Assembly (NCBI GenBank): GCA_000165345.1
Contig: CM000436.1
Coordinates: 672,001-736,000, forward strand
DNA length: 64,000 nt
Reading direction: 5' to 3'
Part shown: positions 49,301-62,053 of the stretch, one piece after another
Numbering within the stretch: position 1 is the first letter of the stretch
How the letters are laid out: the number at the start of each line of letters is the position of its first letter
Position numbers and translations under genes: made by a program
Notes under the pieces: generated by a model
Told to the model about the DNA's origin: nothing
What the model saw: the letters and a program-made list of their open reading frames with translations, nothing else
Databases searched by the model: none

Positions 49301-52300
49301 AGCAATCAAAATATTCAGACATACCTTCAAGGAATAAGAAAAGAAATGAAGGTGGGTATAATTTTGCTAATTTATCCGGAAATTTGAAAGATAATAGGGA
49401 TTATATCTGTCTTTGGAAAATTATTTCTTCCACTGCATCTCCAAACAAATCTAAAGTTTTGATTAATTCTCCGCTTACAGCAGTTTTTGGCAAAGGGTAT
49501 TATCAATATTTGATCAATGAGATTTATTTATGCACAGAATGCTTTGAAGCAAAGAGATATTTACATTCGAATCTGTTTATGCAGAAGTACGCAAATGAAT
49601 ACAACAGATTCTTATTTACTAAGGTGGTAGAGTTCCAAAAGTTGATTGACGAAATCATTACAAAAGATTTTTCAGAAATATATTTTAGTGAGGGAACAAA
49701 AGAAAGAGAAATAAATAAAATTTTAGAGACAATTTCAAGGGTAGAGTTGAAGCCTTTTGATATGTCTTTCAAAGAAGAAAATATTATCATTTGTAATTTA
49801 TGCTCTGATCGCTTTTATTGCAAAGATTTTGAGGATCTAGTTGAAATTGCGAATGATAACGCTATTTGTTCGGTTTCCCTCAATTACATTTGTAATAACT
49901 GTAATAAATTGTCAAATAAGATTTCAAAAAATCAATACTATAAGAAAAATGTTGAATTACCACAAGCAAACATTATTACAATGGCACAAGAAAGCTTGAA
50001 AGAACCAACATATCCAAACAGTAATTTTCCTTTGATTTTAAATACATTGATTTCTGCATCACAATTCAGAGTAACTTTATCTAAGGACGTTGATCTACTT
50101 CTAAGAGTCATTTTGAGCCCTTTTCTTGATCAATCAATCTCAGTTATAAAGAAGTATGAATTGTACTTAGAAATTGATAAAGAAAATATTAGAAGCGACA
50201 TAATTAATAAGTATTTCAATTCTGTATATTTTGCAAGAATAATAAAACAGACTTTACAATCTTCTTTATTACAATGGTTTCTGTTTTATATCCACCAAAA
50301 TGGCTTATTTGATTTTTCCAACTTGAGAAAAGACTATCTTCAACACTTTTACAAACAAAATAATGTAAGCTTGGATGATTTGATTCAAAACAACACTATA
50401 TCCGTAATTATTGCCTCTATTGAAAAGATGGTCCTTTCTAACGACTTGAATAGTAAAACTAACCAAAATAAATTGATTAAAAATAATCTGTACGATCCAG
50501 ATTACTTGTCTTTTCTAGGATTATATTCAAATTTATTATTTCCAGCAAGTAATTTTCAGATGTTTGGATTAGGGAACTTAAACTTGATGAATTACCAAGC
50601 TATAATTGATACAAAAATGTACCTTGAAATTAATGATTCTTTTAAAGAATATGTATTGAATTACCAAAACTCGCAAAGAAATTCTATTTTAGTTACTAAA
50701 CATAAAGCTTTGAAGGATGAAATAACGCAAGGATTAACTCTAATAAAAGACCAAATAGAAATGGACAAACAAGAATTTAAATTACCTAAATTATCATTTT
50801 TTGTATTAATTTATAGCTTCATTCTAAGCAAATTAAGCAAAATAGATGATAATTTCAGCGGTGTCGATTCTAATAGATGTAAATATTGTGGAAGGAGCCA
50901 AAACTTATTACTTGGGGATCAGTTGATTAATGTTCTTGAAAATGTTGCTCTACACAAAGAATGCGTATTATGGTCTCTCCCATTTGTTTTAGAACCAATT
51001 TTAAATAATTTAGATATGGGTTATGAGTCAAAGTTTGAAACAAATAAAAAAAAAAGTGAGATTTATTCACCTAAGTACCCCACTTTCGGAAGTATTTCTT
51101 GGCCAATTCTCAGGAAACCAATTCACGTAGATATCAATGACATTATAATAACATTGAACGATTTAAACGCTCTTAAATGTTTCTTCTGTGGGAATTCGGG
51201 TGCTACCATCAAATGTTCTGGAAATGATAAATGTTTTAAATATTATCATATTGATTGTATTTTTAAAGGTTTTCAAAAGAATAATTTTGAATATTATTCC
51301 AGTTACCAATTTAATAATATATTTCGAGAGGAAAGCAATAGTAATTTAGATTTGAGTATTAGTACAGATAAGGAATCGATGATTCATATTAGATTAAAAT
51401 ATAGAAGAGTTTGGTGTAATGAGTGCTGGGGAATCTACAAAACAATAATTGAGCCAGAAACTAGTTTTTCAGAGGGATTAACTGGCGGAATCTTAAATAC
51501 ATTTGTTAGTATGTTATTGGTCGATATTAAAATTGTAAATAATTTTGAATTTCAAGAGAGATTACAAATAGTTAATAAAAACACAATTATTGATTCGTTT
51601 ATAGAAAAGATAATTACTGTTTTTAGTACAAAGAAAAAATATAACTCAAAGATAAAGACCCTAATTCAGAAATTAAAAAGAATCCGTGATTCTATTCAAT
51701 ATAGCGATTTAAAATTTGAATCAAATATAGTCAATAATTCAATTATTTTATTGGACCCAGGTGTAATTATTGAAAATAAGGATTTCGTAGATGGGAAAGA
51801 AATAATGATTTTCCTTGTTAACTATAGGGCACTTCGAATTTGGAAGAGTTGCAGAATAATAAATAATATATTTGAAATCGACAATGCTCTTTCTTTATAT
51901 CTCTGTTCAACATTTGAGATTAATGGAAGCGTCAGATTTCAAATAGATTGGATCCCAACTACCCATTTCGAAATGAAGAAAGTGAATGAATGGTTGATTA
52001 CAAATGATTTTAAAGATGATGAATTCTGGAGTAAAATTTACATTAATGGAATTTGCCATAAATTATTCGGCATTCCATTGCTTAGAGATATAAATTTGAA
52101 AAATTTATTTAACAGTTTTTCTGAATTACTATGCTCAGAATCTCTTAAAGATGTAAGCCGTAGTACATTTGAATGCATTATTTATCCAAATTATTTATCA
52201 AGTAATTCTTACTTGGACTACTCTAACACAAAAAAAATGCAATTCGTAAGTGATTGTGATGCAAGATCACAAATATTCTTTGGGTTTAGAGAGGAATTCA

Positions 52301-53124
52301 TTTACAGTTTGGTCAAACGTAAAATAGACAGATTCAGTATAAAAAAGCTCATTTCTGTATTTTACTATAGGAAGATATTCGCTGATATAATGCATCCTGA
52401 GTTATGGACTAGTCACAGGCAATATCCTTACCCTGACAAGTTGTCAAAGTATAAAGGATTCGAATTTGAATACTGTAAACTTGGAAGAAATGAAATGAAA
52501 GGAGGCAGAATAAACGAGGATTTATTTACTATCATACATGCAGGCAATAATAAAGATCCTGATAACGTGGAATTGATGAATTCTATTCACCAAAGTTTCC
52601 AAGAGTCATCTAAAAGAAATAAGATTCTGCTGGAGGATATGGGTCCCACAAAGTTATATAGATATTTAGACTCACTTCCTTATGATAAACGCTTAAATAT
52701 CAAGAAATCAAGTATTCATGGATTTGGGCTCTTTGCAAAAGAACTGATTAAAACAGGAGAGCCAATTATTGAATATGTTGGCGAGCTAATACGTAATAGC
52801 GTTGCAGATAAAAGAGAAAGTCTTTATAAGTCAAACGGAAATCGGGATGGGTCATGCTATATGTTTAGGCTAGATGAATCCAGCGTAATAGATGCGACTA
52901 ATATTGGAAATCATGCCAGATTTATGAATCATTGCTGTGATCCAAATTCAATTTGTAAAGTTATAAGTATTGATTCGCAAAACAAGCATATTGTAATATT
53001 CTCCAAAAAAACAATTAATAAGGATGAAGAGATTACTTATGACTATCAGTTCAATGTTGAGGAGGCTTCAGAGAAAATTATATGCCATTGCGGTGCAAGC
53101 AATTGCCTTGGAAGGATGAACTAA
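46390..53124 (+). CDS. Histone lysine methyltransferase of SET1/MLL (trithorax) type: PHD fingers, bromodomain-like region, extended PHD, SET and post-SET
   Basis: The C-terminus (nt ~52693-53121) reads IHGFGLFAKELIKTGEPIIEYVGELIR...GNHARFMNHCCDPNSICKVI...EEITYDYQFN...CHCGASNCLGRMN*, which is SET plus post-SET with the family-typical terminal N. Multiple Cys4-His-Cys3 PHD fingers lie at nt ~47050-48400 (for example CSICRKIWTSSWEGEWLQCDICKFWVHYDCD). The bromodomain-like stretch is YWKVVKIPMDIMTVTNNLESKKYDSDEYSFIRDIFRIIYNAQ. The ePHD is CKYCGRS...HKECVLWS...CFFCGNSGATIKCSG..CFKYYHIDC. Confidence 0.9.
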   Translation: MTVESARNSKRKGANTNFRDGELVGENKKRRCSHSSSSKNSNLQSKRRVQSRSRKNESCMNVFVQADDNNETELVKLNTIEIKNLKDGFKYVGYRCRVAVSRQKTKELKNNSPNAFNWVEGIIKFWDPKFKLFFIHFLLSPSINSFRNINNTPKHEWKYLATQNNSPPANTDIRNLVLSPFAIDRGWFDPNPITMKLYGSLPLKDISSISFQDKAELTKSEKFSSEVCTRCKLPIVEEEVIYSCELCSRKFHQNCVNMSNTSIQDLKDSDITTLRQYNSPNNLELLLIANEHNQYIRERKRLWKRNYNVSHDSEGNLSLYNKCFNDGQLPYDLVDVEELERALPNEVKKIILENYNMSHTGIRKLLSKLPDKMGSIIGDHQVKLLCRNYRYNKRNKSIMLTQSYKEEDYSSTITSLESTPSKICSRNEPSVQKSDLIDDIDSKSVFNKGEYNSESSFIETMELEKTDFTKDENNPIQISIDDAKDEQLKTNEYKYRCKDCIPCIYCKEPLLRIPVILKPNELPNRSLVYSQIPTKLEEFVVCGTCGICYHGSCGNSFVPPLLFGGNNFNCSNCCKCIHCGYRDNGFMDYASWDSTFSSCIRCCKGFERGQFCSICRKIWTSSWEGEWLQCDICKFWVHYDCDKDLNEPIEFYSNVKNLYNCPACRSNDNSVKYQRILDHFICLDKNKDFASTPLPSYQNYWKVVKIPMDIMTVTNNLESKKYDSDEYSFIRDIFRIIYNAQISHMPNHRIFKLAANILKKITHLFKLLFGENLLLRFFNVIKKEESSMSILVEQIDTNDLRSKIGDEIFENTNSNINVKLSQDYRANNLSCENNVENELAIDLAEAVLNHTKLNLDISGNLRNTISRKQFSCLKGDNNLNSVFGKLFAEFKKCTICQQKSDELLHCLKCGVNIHSKCSEVVNGSFVCNSCTACHICSELMADSSIPVISCYTCNKRVHYTCIWQDYERFIEQSKYSDIPSRNKKRNEGGYNFANLSGNLKDNRDYICLWKIISSTASPNKSKVLINSPLTAVFGKGYYQYLINEIYLCTECFEAKRYLHSNLFMQKYANEYNRFLFTKVVEFQKLIDEIITKDFSEIYFSEGTKEREINKILETISRVELKPFDMSFKEENIIICNLCSDRFYCKDFEDLVEIANDNAICSVSLNYICNNCNKLSNKISKNQYYKKNVELPQANIITMAQESLKEPTYPNSNFPLILNTLISASQFRVTLSKDVDLLLRVILSPFLDQSISVIKKYELYLEIDKENIRSDIINKYFNSVYFARIIKQTLQSSLLQWFLFYIHQNGLFDFSNLRKDYLQHFYKQNNVSLDDLIQNNTISVIIASIEKMVLSNDLNSKTNQNKLIKNNLYDPDYLSFLGLYSNLLFPASNFQMFGLGNLNLMNYQAIIDTKMYLEINDSFKEYVLNYQNSQRNSILVTKHKALKDEITQGLTLIKDQIEMDKQEFKLPKLSFFVLIYSFILSKLSKIDDNFSGVDSNRCKYCGRSQNLLLGDQLINVLENVALHKECVLWSLPFVLEPILNNLDMGYESKFETNKKKSEIYSPKYPTFGSISWPILRKPIHVDINDIIITLNDLNALKCFFCGNSGATIKCSGNDKCFKYYHIDCIFKGFQKNNFEYYSSYQFNNIFREESNSNLDLSISTDKESMIHIRLKYRRVWCNECWGIYKTIIEPETSFSEGLTGGILNTFVSMLLVDIKIVNNFEFQERLQIVNKNTIIDSFIEKIITVFSTKKKYNSKIKTLIQKLKRIRDSIQYSDLKFESNIVNNSIILLDPGVIIENKDFVDGKEIMIFLVNYRALRIWKSCRIINNIFEIDNALSLYLCSTFEINGSVRFQIDWIPTTHFEMKKVNEWLITNDFKDDEFWSKIYINGICHKLFGIPLLRDINLKNLFNSFSELLCSESLKDVSRSTFECIIYPNYLSSNSYLDYSNTKKMQFVSDCDARSQIFFGFREEFIYSLVKRKIDRFSIKKLISVFYYRKIFADIMHPELWTSHRQYPYPDKLSKYKGFEFEYCKLGRNEMKGGRINEDLFTIIHAGNNKDPDNVELMNSIHQSFQESSKRNKILLEDMGPTKLYRYLDSLPYDKRLNIKKSSIHGFGLFAKELIKTGEPIIEYVGELIRNSVADKRESLYKSNGNRDGSCYMFRLDESSVIDATNIGNHARFMNHCCDPNSICKVISIDSQNKHIVIFSKKTINKDEEITYDYQFNVEEASEKIICHCGASNCLGRMN

Positions 53125-53170
53125 ATATGGAAAATATTTATTTCTCATAGATTTTCTCAGATATTCAGAA

Positions 53171-54196
53171 TTAGGTTTGGTTTGCACTAATATTTTCTTT
53201 GATTTCAGTAGATTTTGTGAGTCCTTTGTAGCTTTCAATTAACTTCAAATATTTGTCTTTATCAAGTTTTGCGTCTGAAATAATAGATGAATTATTTCCA
53301 TTAATAACCGTTCCTGCTCTTCTGTATAGTTTATGCATTCTATTTTTATTGATAATTGGTTCAGACTTCTGAGAAATATCTGAGTCAACATCATCTATAT
53401 TGCTATTGTCACTGGAGTCATTTTCAGTTCCATTCATAATTTGTTCACCTCCGATTGCTGATCTTAGGGAAGAATTATCGTTTAGATCGAAGTGATTCAT
53501 TTCTTTATCCGGGCTAGTGTTGCCTTGATAATCTTGAGTCTTTTTAGATGCAGCTAATTCAATAATCTTGTTATTGCTGCTGATATCATGGATCTTTTGC
53601 TCAAAGCTAACTTCAGATTCTATTTGAGATGAACCTTTAAATCCATCATTGACTTTGGACTCACTCTTAACCTTATTTAAATTAAAAAATTCTTCAGTTT
53701 CACTTTCAGAACAATGAAAGTCTGTTTTTTTTTTCAATAACCAATAAATAAAGTCGATTGACTTTTGGATTTTTTTCTTATACTCTATGTTAGGACCAAA
53801 CTTTTTAATATTATTTTCGAAGTTTGAAGTTATAAAAATTTTCAAATTCTCTATTTCTTTATTAATTGAACCTATTTTCTGAAGAAAGTCGACGTCCAAA
53901 GATAAAAACTCATTTATCATTTCTTTAAGCCGATTCAAGTTTAATGGTATGTTCAAGTTGGATGTTTTTATATAAGTTTTAAGTAAATTAATCCTTTTCA
54001 ATAAAATTTGCGAAGGAAATCGATGATAATTTTCTGAATCATCAATAAACTCAGTTCTTTGATATATATAATAGTAACTACCCAAGTTTAGTTTAATAGC
54101 CTCTTCAAATTCCCTATCATTGCTACATTCATCTTTGTGCAATATTATTAAATAATCGTCCTCTTGATAAGTTTTATCATTGTTCGAACAGGACAT
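53171..54196 (-). CDS. Hypothetical protein (341 aa)
   Basis: The track ORF starts at TTG (54223) and the first ATG is at 54196 (MSCSNNDKTYQEDDYLIILHKDE...). No family recognised. Confidence 0.55.
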   Translation of the reverse strand: MSCSNNDKTYQEDDYLIILHKDECSNDREFEEAIKLNLGSYYYIYQRTEFIDDSENYHRFPSQILLKRINLLKTYIKTSNLNIPLNLNRLKEMINEFLSLDVDFLQKIGSINKEIENLKIFITSNFENNIKKFGPNIEYKKKIQKSIDFIYWLLKKKTDFHCSESETEEFFNLNKVKSESKVNDGFKGSSQIESEVSFEQKIHDISSNNKIIELAASKKTQDYQGNTSPDKEMNHFDLNDNSSLRSAIGGEQIMNGTENDSSDNSNIDDVDSDISQKSEPIINKNRMHKLYRRAGTVINGNNSSIISDAKLDKDKYLKLIESYKGLTKSTEIKENISANQT

Positions 54197-54520
54197 TTTA
54201 AATCTATTTGTATTACCCCACAATAGATAATTACAGGAAACGTAAAGGGTTTTCTCTAATTTTGTTTGTCGAATCCTTTGATTTTTTTGTTGACCTTTTA
54301 AGTGGATTAAATGGCCTTTTAATTTTAATAGACATATAACTTTACACTAATTCCAGATTTGTCCACATGAAAATTATTGTCAATAATGCCAATAATAAAT
54401 TTACACAAAGAAAAAATAGATAGCTTTTATATATGCACCGAATTAATTCTTTGATGCCTTATTAATCCTTGAAATGATTTCTACTGATTGAAATGGCTTT
54501 TTGTTTCGAGAAAAAAGTGG

Positions 54521-55468
54521 ATGAACGTGATTTTTGAATTAATTAGAAATGGAATAAGGCTAGTTCGACTAAAAGTTGGGTCCTTTTCAAGGGACAATTT
54601 CGAAGAGTTTACGAGAGTTGTTTATGACGAATATTCAGGATTCCATATAGTTGAAGAATTTGATATTGCTGAAAGTGAGTCTTTTTTAATAGTTTCTAAG
54701 GAATGTTTAATACAAAACTGCGAATTTAAATGTTGTTCTTCTAATTCTTCTGAATATGTCAGGGAAATTAAAAGTGGAGCAAATCAAATAAATTTGGATC
54801 CAAATTGTAAAAGCTTATCAAGACAACAACAATTTCTTGATTTTGAATCCACTAAGATAAATGCGCATGAAAGCGGAAGCGCATTAGCATGCATTACCCC
54901 CACAAAAACGAGTAGCATGGATATAAGTAGGAATAGGAGGGATGATTTTTTAATAAACTCAATATTTGAAGATACAAATGAGCCATATTTTTTAAAAGGT
55001 TTAATAAATTCTGAAAAAGAAAAGTTTGAATTAACTAACTTTGTAGATACACCTATTTTATTTCGAGAAGATTGCGTGACTCCGAAGCTCCCAGATTCAA
55101 AATATAGACAAAATTTAAAAAATGATAAAATTTGTTTTACTCCAGATGGCTTTGATTGCCACTTTGACGATAATACAAAACTAAACGATGATTTTAAAAA
55201 GTCTGATATATTACTGCTTCTGAGATTAAAGAGAAAAAAACTGGCTATGCTCGAAAGCCAGTTAAAAAGAGATGTAAAACTATTAAATATAAACGGTTCT
55301 TCTGAAAATGAAAGCAAACCTGATAACCTCAGCTCAATAGAAAAAATGGTGAGGTGCCCTGCTCAGCTTTATTTCATTAAAAGAAGGATTGAAAATATTA
55401 AGGAAAATATTGAAAATACAGAAAGGGATATTGCTATATTAGAAGAAAAGACTTCTGAAACTTACTAG
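54521..55468 (+). CDS. Hypothetical protein (315 aa) with a C-terminal coiled-coil
   Basis: The track ORF starts at TTG (54488) and the first in-frame ATG is at 54521 (MNVIFELIRNGIRLVRLK...). The C-terminal LKRKKLAMLESQLKRDVKLL...IKRRIENIKENIENTERDIAILEEK is heptad-like. Confidence 0.55.
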   Translation: MNVIFELIRNGIRLVRLKVGSFSRDNFEEFTRVVYDEYSGFHIVEEFDIAESESFLIVSKECLIQNCEFKCCSSNSSEYVREIKSGANQINLDPNCKSLSRQQQFLDFESTKINAHESGSALACITPTKTSSMDISRNRRDDFLINSIFEDTNEPYFLKGLINSEKEKFELTNFVDTPILFREDCVTPKLPDSKYRQNLKNDKICFTPDGFDCHFDDNTKLNDDFKKSDILLLLRLKRKKLAMLESQLKRDVKLLNINGSSENESKPDNLSSIEKMVRCPAQLYFIKRRIENIKENIENTERDIAILEEKTSETY

Positions 55469-55469
55469 G

Positions 55470-56573
55470 TTATTCAGGGCCAAATATGTATGTTAGTATG
55501 CAGTAGGTAACTAATTCTGACTCAAAATTGCGAAAAGTGTACTTATTTTTATTTAAATCAGCTATTACCAGCTTATCGTCAGATAATTCAAGTTCTACTG
55601 ATTTTTTTGTTTTGTTGTTTTGGCAATTAATTTTTATTTTTTCTTTACAGGAGAAGTAAATTATTCCTATTTTACTCCCTGGAATAAAAGATTCTGAATC
55701 TTTTCCTATAATAAACCCGGTATTTGCAGGCTCTATTGATAAAATATAAATAGATTTTGATAAGATATTTAGATTTCTCCCAAGCTTGGCATTCAGCTCG
55801 TTTGGAAGATATTCTATTGCGTTAAAATAAACAAGCATTTCATCTTGAATCTCGTCGCTTTCTAATACAGCATATCTGAAATTTGAACTAAAACTGGATT
55901 TTGAAACTGAATTATTGGTCAATAAACCTTGATAATCCATCTTAATTAAAGCTTTGTTAATTTTATTTCTCATCTCTTCACCGAACCAAGTCGATTTCAT
56001 AGTTATTCCAAATTCATTAAGTTCATATAACATTTGATTGTCAATGATATTCACTATATCTTTAATTATATATGGAGATGCCCACCTAGAAATATCGCAA
56101 GTTTTAGAGCTGTAATTGTTTTTCACTTCATCCATAATTTTATCAACACAGTAGTAAATAATTGATTCTGAAAATACCGTAATCATCAGGTTGTACTCCG
56201 AAATATCTAATTCATTCTCTTTGTAAATATTATTCGATTTTCCAGTACATATTTCCTTGAGAGAATTGTATGCAAGAAATGCCTTTTTGATTATCATAGG
56301 TAATAACATATAAATAAAGTTTTTTTTCAAATATTTATCGATCAAGTTCCCAATTTTGTCTTCTTTTGATCTACTAAAATTTTTTATCCCAATAAAGCCT
56401 TCAATCTTTGAATTACAACTTGAATCTTGATGGTAGGAGCTGCATCTTGTCCCCGTCCTTTTTTGAACTCTCTCCATTATTTTATTTCGGGTTTCACAAC
56501 CGTTAAGCAATTTAACAACCAATTGGAATATCTTCTCAGTTTCCTCATCACTCCATACCATTAATTTATCCAT
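55470..56573 (-). CDS. Hypothetical protein (367 aa); the N-terminus is weakly Myb/SANT-like
   Basis: The ATG at 56573 gives MDKLMVWSDEETEKIFQLVVKLL..., and W-[ST]-x-EE-x2-[LIF] recalls a Myb/SANT first helix. The rest is unassigned. Confidence 0.6.
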   Translation of the reverse strand: MDKLMVWSDEETEKIFQLVVKLLNGCETRNKIMERVQKRTGTRCSSYHQDSSCNSKIEGFIGIKNFSRSKEDKIGNLIDKYLKKNFIYMLLPMIIKKAFLAYNSLKEICTGKSNNIYKENELDISEYNLMITVFSESIIYYCVDKIMDEVKNNYSSKTCDISRWASPYIIKDIVNIIDNQMLYELNEFGITMKSTWFGEEMRNKINKALIKMDYQGLLTNNSVSKSSFSSNFRYAVLESDEIQDEMLVYFNAIEYLPNELNAKLGRNLNILSKSIYILSIEPANTGFIIGKDSESFIPGSKIGIIYFSCKEKIKINCQNNKTKKSVELELSDDKLVIADLNKNKYTFRNFESELVTYCILTYIFGPE

Positions 56574-56869
56574 GATTTTTAACTTAAATAAAATATGTTA
56601 GCATGTGCGAATGTAAGGAAAAATTTGTTAAATTATATTTCAAGACTTCGAATATTAAAAATTTCCCTCATAAGCGCCTGTATTGTTTGCATGCGGACTG
56701 ATTTTTCAACTATATTACATGTAAAATTGAAAATTGTTACTAAGAACCTCATTCATGGGATTTCTAAATAAAAAAAGACTTAAAGAAACAAGCGAAAATG
56801 AGTAAGTAAATTATTTGGATAATTAGTGATTATTATTACTCGTACAGAAAAAGAGGCATTTGTAATAAT

Positions 56870-57785
56870 ATGACTCATATTAAGTCAAAAATAACAGGAA
56901 TGATAATTGAAACTAGTAATCAGGCAGGAAACAACTCACCAATGTCTCTAGAAGATCCAGATGAACCATCTCCTTCACCAATAAATCCAATTACTCTTAA
57001 GCACACTCTTAGACTTGCTTCAAGAGTAAGTATTTCGAATAATGCTAAGGTAAGTCAAAAAAATTTAGTTGACGCGTTTATTTTAATTATTAAAATGATA
57101 AAACTTTTAGATTGAAGAAAAATATTTTGAAGAATATCCTAATTCATCTTTGCTTACAGAACTTGGCGAGACTTTGAAGGCGATTTCAGTCAATGATTTT
57201 TCATTTTCTCCATCTCCAACAAAGTTATCTAAACTACCAGAAGATACAGAAGCTAAATTTATAAAGTCAATATTACCTAAAAGTAATTATAGAGAAAAGG
57301 TAAAGAAGTCTCAAAAGTTGTGCAAAAAAAATAATAGAAGGTCAAAGCTTGAGGAGGAAAAAACAAAGAAACATATCAGAAAAGATTCGCTAAATGAAAA
57401 CATTGAATGTTGCGAAATATTTGATTTAAATGTTCAAGAAACTGCTGGCGAAGTTGAAATCCAAAGTTATGAGAGTATATTGGGTCAAACTATAAATAAA
57501 TCTCAGTCTACCGATGGAAAAGAAACAAATGATTCAGAAATTAAAAAATCCACTCCATTATCATTCGGGAGTAATGAATCATTCAGATATTCGAGATGGA
57601 TAAAAAAAAATAGTATTAAAAATTTCATTAGTAGGTATATACCAAGGTTCTTGATTCCTGCATTTAAGGCAATCGAAAATTTAAGGATAAAATTTGCAAT
57701 TCCAACAAAAATAGTAGAATATCGACGAGAAGTAGGGCAAAAAAAAGAAAAAGTAAAAAAGAAAATAAAGCTCAAGAGGAAATAA
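56870..57785 (+). CDS. Hypothetical basic (Lys-rich) protein, two exons
   Basis: ORF 56870..57115 and ORF 57150..57785 join in frame. The acceptor aaacttttag| ends at 57110, and exon 2 from 57111 reads IEEKYFEEYPNSSLLTELGE... into ORF 57150. Two phase-0 GTAAGT donors are available (57026 or 57050). Confidence 0.55.
57050..57110 (+). other. Intron (61 nt; an alternative donor at 57026 gives 85 nt), phase 0
   Basis: The donors are gct aag|gtaagt (57050) and tca aga|gtaagt (57026), with a shared acceptor ending at 57110. Both keep the reading frame, and I cannot choose between them from sequence alone. Confidence 0.5.
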
Positions 57786-57920
57786 TTTAGGACAAGAACC
57801 CGCCTATAGTTGGAAATCGAAGTCCTTAATAACTGATAATTAGAATAGAAGAGGCTGAAACTATTACATAGTTTGCTGATAGCAAAGAATTCCAACTATT
57901 TAGTTTATCCAGCTTTATGT

Positions 57921-61847
<3,927 letters not shown>

Positions 61848-62053
61848 ATTCACTCACTAGTTAATACCTTTGGTTTTTAGAGAGTCTTTAAGTGCTTTTT
61901 TAATTTTAATATTTTCTTATGTTACTCAGACTAGTAAAATAAACATTGCGCGAATTTTTTTGTTTTCTGTAACTAATGAGGGCCAAAAGCACTGGAGGCT
62001 GAATATAACAAAAGAGTTTAAGATAAAGTAAAAAAATAGAGTGGGTTCAAGTA

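Noticed and set aside
56798-56847. A possible extra 5' exon for the 56870 gene: ATG A|GTAAGT at 56798-56807 with acceptor cgtacag| ending at 56847.
   Set aside because: After splicing, the frame reads AAA AAA GAG GCA TTT GTA ATA ATA TGA and hits a stop at 56871-56873, out of frame with the ATG at 56870.
2735-57873. Non-ATG start codons used by the ORF track (TTG or GTG at 2735, 8523, 14847, 32757, 34309, 36594, 38613, 54488, 57150, 57873, and on the minus strand at 2359, 7441, 11753, 54223; the minus-strand start at 42406 is also not an ATG).
   Set aside because: In a eukaryotic nuclear genome, initiation is expected at ATG. I moved each start to the first in-frame ATG, or for 57150 treated it as an internal exon. 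The N-terminal extensions in the track are probably untranslated.
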